The translations under genes and the position numbers were made by a program. Shown here piece after piece: positions 8,595 through 17,340 of a stretch of DNA of 64,000 nt. Within the stretch, counting starts at the first letter, position 1. Each line of letters starts with the position of its first letter. The notes beneath the pieces were generated by a model. It worked only from the letters and a program-made list of their open reading frames with translations. It made no database searches and had not been told where the DNA came from. The stretch is from Methanobacteriota archaeon (GTDB lineage Archaea; Thermoplasmatota; E2; JACPAO01; JAHWKR01), in the NCBI GenBank assembly GCA_019347805.1, contig JAHWKR010000010.1, positions 3,364 through 67,363 on the forward strand, read 5' to 3'.

Positions 8595-8955
8595 AGTGTC
8601 ACCTTCAGACCCGCTCGTGGCGATGGCAGTTAAGACTTGGTGGGAGCGGCGGAAGACATGTCGCGGCGGTCGGCGGGGAGCGTTGTCTTGTCGTCCCATA
8701 CACTGTCGCAACACATGGCATCCGCCCTCTCTGGCATCCCATGGTCGAGTCTCGCGGACCACCCGAAGGCGTCCACGAATGGGCATGTCTTCGCGATATG
8801 ATTATATGGACCGCGTCCGCTTCACTGCCTGGTGTCCCTTCATGGGCCTCCTCGAGGATGGATGTGCGCGCGTCCGGTGCGTCCTTTCTTCGGGTGGTCT
8901 GTCCCTTTCCGAACGCTGGCGCGGGATCGGTGACGGACGCAGGACAGGAATTGCT

Positions 8956-9666
8956 ATGGTGGCGATGACAGACGAGGTGGACTCCGAACGGCTCGGGCGC
9001 GTCATGAAGGCGCTCGCCAACCCGGTGCGTGTGGATCTCTTGAAGGCCCTGCGTTCGCCGAAGACCATCACCGAGATCCGGTTGCATCCGCGCAGGAAGG
9101 ACGGCAACCTGCACCCGGAGCGCGTGATGAGCCGCGTCACGGTGCGTGAACATCTCGTCCAGCTGCTCGACATCGGTGTCGTGCAGGCGCGCCGGGCGAC
9201 CCGGGAGGGACGGACGGTCGATGTCTATATTGTCAACCATCGTCAGCTCTTCGCCTTGACCGAGGAGTTGCGCCAGCTCGCCGAGCTGCGGCCGGACGGC
9301 CAGACCGTGGGGGACGCGACACAGGAGGACCCGGTGGAGCCACCGCGGTTCCCGGAGGGCCCCAAGCTGGTCCTCGCGGGCGGCATCCCGAAGGGGCGCG
9401 TCTTCCCCTTGAACGGCGACGGGGAACGCTGGCGCATCGGTCGTCATCGTGGTGCCGAGGTCTGGCTCGATTACGATCCTTATCTGTCGTCGGAGAACGC
9501 GGAGGTGGTGCGCACGCGCAAGGGCTTCGTGCTGCACGACCTCGGCCGGTCCAGGAACGGCACCTACCTGAACTGGGAGGAGCTTGCGCGTGGCGCCGAG
9601 GCGCCGCTCAGTGACGGTGACCTCATCGGTGTCGGGCGCTCTGTGCTCGTTTTCCGTTCCCGCTGA
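8956..9666 (+). CDS. transcriptional regulator with an N-terminal ArsR-type wHTH and a C-terminal FHA domain
   Basis: HTH region LANPVRVDLLKALRSPKTITEI. FHA region WRIGRHRGAEVWLDYDPYLSSENAEVV...LHDLGRSRNGTYLN...LSDGDLIGVG (G-R, S-x-x-N/H and NGT motifs). The 8401-8955 part of the ORF is antisense to csbD and was rejected. Confidence 0.7.
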   Translation: MVAMTDEVDSERLGRVMKALANPVRVDLLKALRSPKTITEIRLHPRRKDGNLHPERVMSRVTVREHLVQLLDIGVVQARRATREGRTVDVYIVNHRQLFALTEELRQLAELRPDGQTVGDATQEDPVEPPRFPEGPKLVLAGGIPKGRVFPLNGDGERWRIGRHRGAEVWLDYDPYLSSENAEVVRTRKGFVLHDLGRSRNGTYLNWEELARGAEAPLSDGDLIGVGRSVLVFRSR

Positions 9667-11842
9667 GATCGCGTTGCACCTCGGCGAGCGCGTCACGGAA
9701 CGCCGGTGCGTTGCGGTCGCGCCGTTGCGGGTCCTTGGCGAGCGCTTTCTCGAGCACCGGCCGTAAGGGATCAGGGACGCCGTCGAGGGACGGCGGTCCG
9801 CCTTCGATGATGGTCTTGCGCACGTCCCAGTCGAGCAGGTGCTCGGGGACGAGCGGGTCACCGGTGAGGCATTCGTAGAGGACGACGCCGGTCGAGTAGA
9901 TGTCGCTCGATGGGGCGGTGGGGAGGCCGCGGGTCTGTTCGGGGGACATGTAGCGCAGGGTGCCCGGTTGGCTGCCGGTGCGGGTCGGGTCGCCGAGGGT
10001 GGTGTCGGGCGCGGCGACGTGCGCGGTGCCGAAGTCGGCGAGACGCGGTGTGCCGTCTTCGGTGAAGAGGATGTTGGAAGGCTTCACGTCCCGGTGGACG
10101 ACCCCTGCCTTGTGGGCGGTGTCGAGCGCTTCGAGCACCGCCATGGTGACGCGGATCGCCTCGTCGGCGGGCAATGGACCGTTTTCGGCGATGCGGCTTT
10201 TGAGCGAGCCCCCGCCGAGGTGCTCGTAGACCAGGACCGGTTCGCCGCGCACCTCTTCCGTGGCGATGAAGCGGACGATGTGCGGGTGCTGCAGGCGTCC
10301 GACGGCGTAGGCCTCGCGCAGGAGGACCCGCCGCGCGTCGCGGTCGATGCGGTGGGTGCGTTTGAGGACGACGGTGTCGCCGGCGACGACGTCATCGGCG
10401 CGATAGACGGTGCCGGTGCCGCCTTCGCCGATGACGCCCTCGATGCGGTAGCGGCCGCCGATGGTCTGTCCTGGGATCCAGTCGCGCGTCTGGGGCACCT
10501 CCGACCAGCGCGAGCGCACCGCCCAGGCGAGCGCGGTGTGCTGTTCGTCGGAGATGCCGAGGTTGGCGCGCATGCGCGCGAGCGCGTCGTCGCTCTTCGG
10601 GTCGAGGTCGCCCTCGCTCATGGCGCCTTCGAGCGAGGCGACGTAGCGTTCCACGGCGTCCCGTTGCGATGCGCCCGCGGCGTCGAGAGGGGCGGGAGCG
10701 ACGGCGCGGAACGGATCGGTCATGAAGTAGGGGCGCAGCGCGAAGACGAGACCGCCGGCGATGGCGACCGACAGGATGGCGGCGATGACCTCGGCGACGA
10801 CACCCGAGCCGGGCATGAGCGTCAGGAAGAGCGGCCGCATGCCGGGGAAGAACGCCACCGCGGCGAGCAGTCCGAAGAGCGACAAGGCGAAGGCGGGGGC
10901 GCGCAGACGGGGGCTGTCGAACTGGTAGCGCAGCACGCCCATCCAGAGCAGTGCGGGACGGACGGCGACGACGTCGAAGTAGATCCAGAACGTGAACGGG
11001 GCGACCACGGGGCGGAGCGTCCGGCTGAGGATGCCTTCCATGACACCGAGGAAGAGCAGGAGGATGACGAAATCGATGCTGGTATGATGGGCGGGCGGTG
11101 CGCGTTCACGGGCGCGCACAAGATAGGCGATGGCCCAGACGAGGGCGACGAGGTTGGCGAGGAGGAGGAGGCTCCAGACCAGGTAACGCTGGTTGCCGGG
11201 GACGAGGAGACCGGCGACGCCTTCGGCGCGCAGGATGTTGCCGAGCGTGCCGCTGTAGAACGCGTCGAGAGGGATGAAGGTGGCCATGTGGGCGGCACGG
11301 ATGCCGAAGGCGGCGAAGACGAACTGGAACTGGCGGCGGCGCACGGGGGAGGTCTCGTGCGGCAGGAGGAGCGTCCAGCGCCACAGGACGGCGATCCAGC
11401 CGCCGATGGCCACGAGGTCCATGAAGAGGAAGCCGGGGATGGAGCGGGCGTGGGCGGTCAGGTAGCCGGCAGGATCGGTGGGATAGAGGGCGAGGAGGAC
11501 GACGGCGGGGACGAAGACGAGGGCGCGCAGGAGCCAGGGGTGGCGGCGGAACGTCGCGACGCGCGTCGGATAGATGAGGGCGAGGTAGAGGATGAGGAAG
11601 CTCGTCGTGGGGTCGAACCAGGTCTTGGCGCGCGTGCCGACGAGCGACCAGTGGGTGCCGCGGGGGAAGCCGAAGGTGAAGGCCCAGCCGAGCGCCGTGG
11701 AGGCGTTGAACGCGAAGAGCAGGGCGAGGACCCAGCTCAGTTCACTGCGTGGCCGCTTGACGATGAGGAAGACGGCGAGTGCGTACTGGATGAACGCCGA
11801 AAAGACGTAGAACCCCGAGGTCGCGTTCCAGTCGAAGGCCAC
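9623..11842 (-). CDS. membrane-anchored Hanks-type Ser/Thr protein kinase (about 10 TM helices followed by a C-terminal kinase domain)
   Basis: Kinase motifs are GEGGTGTVYRA (Gly-rich loop), VLK (Lys), HRDVKPSNIL (catalytic loop), DFG and SPE. The N-terminal half is polytopic membrane. Start is uncertain, with GTG at 11842 proposed. The ORF-track extension to 12109 would overlap the divergent BNR gene's promoter. Confidence 0.8.
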   Translation of the reverse strand: MAFDWNATSGFYVFSAFIQYALAVFLIVKRPRSELSWVLALLFAFNASTALGWAFTFGFPRGTHWSLVGTRAKTWFDPTTSFLILYLALIYPTRVATFRRHPWLLRALVFVPAVVLLALYPTDPAGYLTAHARSIPGFLFMDLVAIGGWIAVLWRWTLLLPHETSPVRRRQFQFVFAAFGIRAAHMATFIPLDAFYSGTLGNILRAEGVAGLLVPGNQRYLVWSLLLLANLVALVWAIAYLVRARERAPPAHHTSIDFVILLLFLGVMEGILSRTLRPVVAPFTFWIYFDVVAVRPALLWMGVLRYQFDSPRLRAPAFALSLFGLLAAVAFFPGMRPLFLTLMPGSGVVAEVIAAILSVAIAGGLVFALRPYFMTDPFRAVAPAPLDAAGASQRDAVERYVASLEGAMSEGDLDPKSDDALARMRANLGISDEQHTALAWAVRSRWSEVPQTRDWIPGQTIGGRYRIEGVIGEGGTGTVYRADDVVAGDTVVLKRTHRIDRDARRVLLREAYAVGRLQHPHIVRFIATEEVRGEPVLVYEHLGGGSLKSRIAENGPLPADEAIRVTMAVLEALDTAHKAGVVHRDVKPSNILFTEDGTPRLADFGTAHVAAPDTTLGDPTRTGSQPGTLRYMSPEQTRGLPTAPSSDIYSTGVVLYECLTGDPLVPEHLLDWDVRKTIIEGGPPSLDGVPDPLRPVLEKALAKDPQRRDRNAPAFRDALAEVQRDLSGNGKRAQSARHR

Positions 11843-12096
11843 ACTTCCCTCTCCGCCACCACACAGGGCGTAGGGGAGGAAAGTTCCTGCCCAGGTATTT
11901 GTTTTGGGGTGGGCCTTGATGGTCTCACACTTTACCCTATACCTCCAAGGATGCAGGGCCCGCCTTCGTGGCACCCGCGGTCGGGAGGGGTCGCCGCCCC
12001 TCCCGTTCCCTTTTCCCGGACCCCTTCTGCGTGGTGCAGGGGACCCGGTCCACGGAACCCTTTTCAAGACTTTTCTTCGTCTGTGGCCGAGCCGCC

Positions 12097-13632
12097 ATGC
12101 GTCCCGCACTGCTCCTTGCCCTGGTCCTCCTCGCCCTCCCCTCCCTCGCGGGCTGCCTCGATGACGCGGTGCCGAGCCGTGACGACGGGGCCGACGAGCT
12201 CCCCCAGCCGTTCCCGACGCTGCCCGACGATGTGACCCCCTTCAGCCGGATGCTGTGCGATGGCGACACGCTCGCGTCCTTCAAGGAGGTGCGCGAGGAT
12301 GGTTGCAACGTGCATGTCACCGCCGAGAGCGGCCCGGCCGCCGAGGTGTCCCTCGCGGTCGACCCCACCGACCCGCTCGCCCTCGTCGGTGGCAGCAAGG
12401 ACTTCTCGCTTGGTATGGACGAGCGCTGCGGGAAGTACAACGTCTGGTCGGGCGTGCATGTGAGCCATGACGGCGGCCGCACCTGGACGCACGACCTGTT
12501 GCCGGGCCATCCCGGTGATGACCGTGAGACCGCGCTCAGTGTGTACGCCTGCGGCAGCGATCCGGTGGTCGTCGTCGACCCGAACGGCGTGTTCTACTAT
12601 GTGAGCATCCATTTCACGGCGGACCCCGAGGGGGACGATCCACCGGTCGCCGAGTTGGGGCCGGTGTGGGGCTCGTCGCTCCTGAACGCGGGGTTGGCGG
12701 TGACGCGGAGCCTCGACCAGGGCCGCACGTGGGAGGACCCGGTGGTGCTCGTGCACCGCGAGGATGGAAGCCTCATCGACAAGGAATGGGCCGCGGTGGA
12801 CGCCACGACCGGGAGCGTCTATGTCTCCTATCTCGACACGGGCGACGGCGCGTTCTATGTGCAGCGCAACGACGACGGCGGCGTCACATGGGACGGTCCT
12901 TTCCTCGTCGATGCGGGCGAGGACGGCACGCAACAGTTCGGTCAGGTGGCGGTCGACCCCGAAGGCGTCGTCCACTTCACCTACTGGTCGACCGACGACG
13001 GGAACGATGTCAGCGCGGTCTATCATCGCTCGAGCGCGGACCACGGCCGGACGTGGAGCGAACGCGGCCTCGTGGTGCCTTTCGTGCCGGTCTTCGACTT
13101 CGGTTTCACGCACAAGTACCGCATCGTATCGGCCCCGGCGCTCGCCGTGGACCCGGTGGTCGGGACGCTCTACGTCGCATATCCGTCTCCGGCGGCGATG
13201 CGGGGGACGGCGACACCGGCTGGGTACCTGGACCTCTACATCACGGCCTCCAGCGACGGCGGCCGGACGTGGAACGACCCGGTGCGGGTCAACGACGAAC
13301 GCGCGGCGCCCCTGAACGGCCAGGCCCTGCAGACCCTCGCCGTCGGACCTGACGGCATCGTGCACACCACCTGGCTCGACTATCGGCACGATCCCAGCGG
13401 TCAGTGGTCCTACCTCTACTATGCTTACTCGACGGACGACGGTGTGACCTGGTCGGAGAACGCCCGCGTGAGCGATGTCCCGTTCGACGGCACCGGCGGC
13501 TACCACCAGTCGGGCTCGGGGACGATCGGGGACTACAACGGCCTCGCCGTCTCGTCCGAGGCGGTGCACGCGTTCTGGGCCGACACGCGATATGGGCGCA
13601 ACGACGTGTTCAGTGCCACGATCCTCGGGTAG
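12097..13632 (+). CDS. BNR/Asp-box repeat lipoprotein (sialidase-like beta-propeller)
   Basis: Signal peptide and lipobox MRPALLLALVLLALPSLAGC. At least six Asp-box repeats (SHDGGRTW, SLDQGRTW, NDDGGVTW, SADHGRTW, SSDGGRTW, STDDGVTW). Confidence 0.8.
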   Translation: MRPALLLALVLLALPSLAGCLDDAVPSRDDGADELPQPFPTLPDDVTPFSRMLCDGDTLASFKEVREDGCNVHVTAESGPAAEVSLAVDPTDPLALVGGSKDFSLGMDERCGKYNVWSGVHVSHDGGRTWTHDLLPGHPGDDRETALSVYACGSDPVVVVDPNGVFYYVSIHFTADPEGDDPPVAELGPVWGSSLLNAGLAVTRSLDQGRTWEDPVVLVHREDGSLIDKEWAAVDATTGSVYVSYLDTGDGAFYVQRNDDGGVTWDGPFLVDAGEDGTQQFGQVAVDPEGVVHFTYWSTDDGNDVSAVYHRSSADHGRTWSERGLVVPFVPVFDFGFTHKYRIVSAPALAVDPVVGTLYVAYPSPAAMRGTATPAGYLDLYITASSDGGRTWNDPVRVNDERAAPLNGQALQTLAVGPDGIVHTTWLDYRHDPSGQWSYLYYAYSTDDGVTWSENARVSDVPFDGTGGYHQSGSGTIGDYNGLAVSSEAVHAFWADTRYGRNDVFSATILG

Positions 13633-13805
13633 TGGTGGTTTTCGGGCATCCCCGGGACTACTTTCGGTCACCCCCTGTCCACCTTTTTGGTCTCCCCACG
13701 CCCATCCCCCTTCATCGGCGCGACCGGGCCGTCCCACCCCGGCGGCGATGCGCACAAAGAGCCATCACTGCCGCAGGACGTCGGCCGTGCCGGGGAGGCA
13801 ATGTC

Positions 13806-14663
13806 ATGGACGACGAAGACGATGAGCGGACGCCAGGCCACACGGCGGCGTCCGTGGAAGGACCGCCGCTTTGGAGCGCGTGGCGCGCGCAAGACACGCA
13901 CGGCGCGCCCGGGGCCACGACGGAGACGTTCCCGCTCGGGTTGCCGGTGCTTTCGGGCGCCGACGGGGCACCGGCCGGTACGACCACCCTGCTCGAGGTC
14001 GGCCACATGTGGTCGCTCCTGCGCCACCGCATGGTGCTCGAGGCCTACCACCGCGGGCTTCCGGTCCTCCAGCTCGTCGGCGGCCACCGTCTCGACCCGT
14101 ACGGCCTGGCCCGTGCCGCGCGGGCCGCCGGCGAGGACGCGGAGGAGGTGCTCGGCCACGCGCAGGCGGCACGTGCCTTCACGGTGCATCAACTCTCGGC
14201 GTTCGTCGAGGAGGAGTTGCCGCGTCGTCTCAGCGGACCTGCGCTCGTCGTCCTCTCCGACCCGCTCGCGCTCTACGCCGGTGGCGAGGTGGAAGAGGAG
14301 GAAGGCCGGCGGCTCCTGCGTCGCGCTTTGCGGCGTTTCGTGCGCGCGGTCGCCGCGGCAGGCGCCTATGGTGTCGTCGCCGAGCGGCCGTTCGCGCGTG
14401 ACGACGCCGGTCGTGAGCTCTTGCGTCTGGCACGCCATGTCCAGGTGCGGCCGGCGGACGGCGGCATCGTCGCTGATGTCGTCCACAGCAAACGGCGCCT
14501 GCTGCAACCGACGGCACGGCCGCAGGCGCGCCTGGCCGACTATGGGGTCCAGGACCTCGGCCCCAGCCTGGTCGCGCTCCCGGAACCGGTCGCCACCGTG
14601 CGCGGTCCCCACTTCATGACCGGTCGTGTCGGGCATCTCAAGGTGCTCGCGGAGGGGATCTGA
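13806..14663 (+). CDS. hypothetical protein with a RecA/KaiC-like motif layout but a degenerate P-loop, 285 aa
   Basis: LGLPVLSGADGAPAGTTTLLEVG resembles the RecA-family L-helix plus P-loop but lacks the GKT lysine. ALVVLSDPLALYAGG resembles Walker B (hhhhDS). Its stop overlaps the next ATG (TGATG at 14660-14665). The fold assignment is inferred from motif spacing only. Confidence 0.45.
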   Translation: MDDEDDERTPGHTAASVEGPPLWSAWRAQDTHGAPGATTETFPLGLPVLSGADGAPAGTTTLLEVGHMWSLLRHRMVLEAYHRGLPVLQLVGGHRLDPYGLARAARAAGEDAEEVLGHAQAARAFTVHQLSAFVEEELPRRLSGPALVVLSDPLALYAGGEVEEEEGRRLLRRALRRFVRAVAAAGAYGVVAERPFARDDAGRELLRLARHVQVRPADGGIVADVVHSKRRLLQPTARPQARLADYGVQDLGPSLVALPEPVATVRGPHFMTGRVGHLKVLAEGI

Positions 14664-14986
14664 TGGGCCGCACGTTGCCGACCTTCCGGCGTGTCATCGA
14701 CGAGGAGGAGCGGCGCTGGAACGACCTGCGGCGCGGGCTCGGTCCGGAGGCGCAACGCGCTTTCGACGCGGTCTTCCAGCGCGCGCGGCGTCATGCCAGC
14801 GCGGCGGGCAACCAGGGCGTCGTCGAACCGATGTGGGCCATCATGCTGACGGTGCTCATCGAGAACGAGATGGAGCTGCAACGGCTCCTTGCGCGTGTCG
14901 CCTGGTTGGAGTCGGAGCTGGAGCGCAGGCCGCACAGCGAGACGTTCTATGCACCGGTCGTCGAGGACGAGGGCTGGGCGCCGTGA
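14663..14986 (+). CDS. small alpha-helical hypothetical protein (107 aa)
   Basis: The ORF is bracketed by translational coupling on both sides. Its ATG overlaps the upstream stop. Its TGA overlaps the GTG of the polB-like gene (GTGA at 14983-14986). Confidence 0.45.
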   Translation: MGRTLPTFRRVIDEEERRWNDLRRGLGPEAQRAFDAVFQRARRHASAAGNQGVVEPMWAIMLTVLIENEMELQRLLARVAWLESELERRPHSETFYAPVVEDEGWAP

Positions 14987-17325
14987 GCGCGACCGAGGGG
15001 CATCTCATCGATGTCCACCCGGACGGCCAGGGCCGCATGGTCTCCTGGGTGCGCACGAAAGAAGGTGTCGCACGTTTCGTCGAGCCGTTCGTGCCACGCT
15101 TCCATGTGCATGCGTCCGAGGCGGATCGCCGGCGGCTCACGCGTCGCCTGGCGCACCTGGACGGCCGGCTCGGGCTTTCGACGGTGCGGGCGCGCCTCGG
15201 CCTTGCGCGTGGCAAGACGGAGGTGCTCGAGGTCGCCGTGCCACATCCGCTCGTTCTGCGCGAGGTGGCGCAGGCGGTCGATCGCTGGGGCGAGCATCGC
15301 GCCTACGATCTGTTCGATGTCGACCTGCGCGACAGCCATCGCTATCTCCTTGCCAAGCGGGTGTTCCCGTTCGCGCGCGTGCGTGTCGCCCAAGAGGGCC
15401 GGAACGTGTCGATGGAGGCGTTAGACGGCCAGTGGGACCTGGCGCCGGAACCGCCGATGTTGCGCACGCTGACCTTGTCGGCGGAACTCGATGCCCCGAC
15501 CGGGATCCCGGAAGGCCCGGCCCACCCGGTCCGGCGTGTGCGGCTTGGCGACGAGGAATACCGCGGCGACGAGGTCGCGGTCTTGGAAGGGTTGCGCGAA
15601 GGCCTTCTGCGGCTCGACCCTGACGTGCTCCTCACCCGCTCCGGCGACCGGTTCCTTTTCGGCTATCTGCGGGCGCGGGCGAAGGCCAACGGCATGCGTC
15701 TGCGTTTGGGGCGTGACCCGGACCCGAGAGGCCCGGCACGACGCGGCCGTACGTTCTACACCTATGGCATGGTCAAGTGGCAACCACCGGTGGAGGTCCT
15801 GCATGGACGCATCCATCTCGATGTCGCCTCCAGTTTCTTCCATCGTGAATCCGGTCTTGGCGGTCTCGTGGACCTGTCGCGTATCTCGTCGTGTCCGTTG
15901 CAGGAGCTTGCGCGGCTCGGCCCGGGGACGGCGGTGACGGCGGTGCAGATCGACCGCGCCAAGCGCGAGGAACGGCTGGTCCCGTGGAAGAAGAACCTGC
16001 CGGAGACGATGAAGTCGGAGCGTCGGCTCGTCGAGTCGGACCGTGGCGGTTTCATCCATGACCCGTCGGTGGGGCTCTTCGACGATGTCGTGGAGCTCGA
16101 TTTCTCGTCCATGTACCCGAACATCATGGTGACGCGCAACGTTTCACCCGAGACGGTGGGATGCATCTGTTGTTCGCCGTCGACGCCGGGTGCATCGGTC
16201 GTGCCGCAGGTCGGCTATCTCACCTGTCGGCGCCCGGGGTTCGTGGGGCGTTCCATCAAGCCGCTCGTCGCGCGCCGGGAGTCGTTCAAGCGGCTCATGA
16301 AGAGCGACCCGAAGGACCGGGCGAGATGGCAGGGCGCGTCGGACGCGTTGAAGTGGCTCCTGGTCTGTTCGTTCGGTTACCAGGGGTATCGCAACGCGCG
16401 TTTCGGACGCATCGAATGCCATGAGGCGATCTGTGCCTGGGGTCGGGAGATCCTCTTGACGACCGGCGAGGTGGCGCGCGAGGAGGGCTTCGAGACGTTG
16501 CACGGCATCGTCGACAGCCTGTGGGTCAAGCGTCTTCGCAAGGACGCGGACGCGGAGCGTCTGTCGCGGCGGGTGTCGAAGGAGGTGGGCATCCGGTTCG
16601 ACATCGAGGGGGCGTTCGACTGGATCGTCTTCCTGCCGACGCGGGGGCACGACGCGACGGGGGTCGAAGCGGTAGGGGCCATGAACCGGTTCTACGGCAA
16701 GTTCTCCGAGCCGCCGGCGAAGAAGGCGCGTAGCAACGCGGGCCAGAGTCCGGACCATCTGGCGGGGGGTCAGCTCAAGGTGCGCGGGGTCGAGATGCGG
16801 CAGCGCAGCGCGCCGGGGATCGTGCGTCGGGCGCAGGAGGCGTTCCTTTCCGCGGTCTTTCCGGCAACGGACGCGGCGGGGTTCCGCGCGCTCCTTCCCG
16901 AGGCCATCGAGGCGGTGCGTCCGGTCGTCGAGGAGTTGCGTTCGGGGGCGGTGCCGCTATCCGACCTGTTGGTGCAGAAGACGGTGGGGCAGCCGCTTGC
17001 CGAGTACCGCATGGAGACGGAGACGAAGAGCGCCCTGCGGCTCTTGGCGCAGGCGGGGGTGCAGGTGCCACCGGGCGACGTGGTGCGTTATGTCGTTCTG
17101 GATGGTCGCGCCAAGACGCCGGAGCGGCGGGTCGTCGAGGAGCGGGTGATGACGGGTGACGAGCACTATGATGTCGCGGCGTACGAGACGTTGCTGTTCC
17201 GTTCCCTTGAGAGTCTCTTGTTGCCGTTCGGGTGGGACCTTGCGCGGATGCGCGACCACTTTTCGAATGCGCCGCAGGCGCGTCTGGATCGCTATGGGGT
17301 GGAGGCGGTGCGTGTCAGGTCTTGA
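14983..17325 (+). CDS. family-B DNA polymerase paralog with degenerate catalytic motifs (predicted inactive)
   Basis: Motif A is intact (DFSSMYPNIM). Motif B is recognisable (KWLLVCSFGYQGY). Motif C YGDTDS is replaced by HGIVDS. Exo II FDF is replaced by FLF (LTRSGDRFLFGYL). Exo I is D-V-D (LFDVDL). GTG start at 14983. Confidence 0.75.
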   Translation: MSATEGHLIDVHPDGQGRMVSWVRTKEGVARFVEPFVPRFHVHASEADRRRLTRRLAHLDGRLGLSTVRARLGLARGKTEVLEVAVPHPLVLREVAQAVDRWGEHRAYDLFDVDLRDSHRYLLAKRVFPFARVRVAQEGRNVSMEALDGQWDLAPEPPMLRTLTLSAELDAPTGIPEGPAHPVRRVRLGDEEYRGDEVAVLEGLREGLLRLDPDVLLTRSGDRFLFGYLRARAKANGMRLRLGRDPDPRGPARRGRTFYTYGMVKWQPPVEVLHGRIHLDVASSFFHRESGLGGLVDLSRISSCPLQELARLGPGTAVTAVQIDRAKREERLVPWKKNLPETMKSERRLVESDRGGFIHDPSVGLFDDVVELDFSSMYPNIMVTRNVSPETVGCICCSPSTPGASVVPQVGYLTCRRPGFVGRSIKPLVARRESFKRLMKSDPKDRARWQGASDALKWLLVCSFGYQGYRNARFGRIECHEAICAWGREILLTTGEVAREEGFETLHGIVDSLWVKRLRKDADAERLSRRVSKEVGIRFDIEGAFDWIVFLPTRGHDATGVEAVGAMNRFYGKFSEPPAKKARSNAGQSPDHLAGGQLKVRGVEMRQRSAPGIVRRAQEAFLSAVFPATDAAGFRALLPEAIEAVRPVVEELRSGAVPLSDLLVQKTVGQPLAEYRMETETKSALRLLAQAGVQVPPGDVVRYVVLDGRAKTPERRVVEERVMTGDEHYDVAAYETLLFRSLESLLLPFGWDLARMRDHFSNAPQARLDRYGVEAVRVRS

Positions 17326-17340
17326 GCCGTCCGGGGAACG

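Noticed and set aside
8401-8955. N-terminal 185 aa of the ORF that ends as the FHA-HTH regulator
   Set aside because: This part is antisense to csbD and Ser/Cys/Pro-rich. The regulator domain structure begins at MVAMTDEV (8956).
9839-12235. 798-aa Gly/Asp/Glu-rich ORF on the plus strand
   Set aside because: Antisense to the Ser/Thr kinase gene. Extreme low-complexity composition (GDG, EEE runs) with no domain-like segments.
12064-13755. 563-aa minus-strand ORF opposite the BNR lipoprotein gene
   Set aside because: The plus-strand frame carries six canonical Asp-box repeats and a lipoprotein signal. The minus-strand product has no recognisable features.
13668-14636. 322-aa minus-strand ORF and several Arg-rich plus-strand ORFs (13687..14619, 13871..14401) across the first cassette gene
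   Set aside because: Arg/Pro-rich low-complexity translations. The chosen frame (13806-14663) is the only one with a coupled stop/start junction to the next gene and a balanced amino-acid composition.
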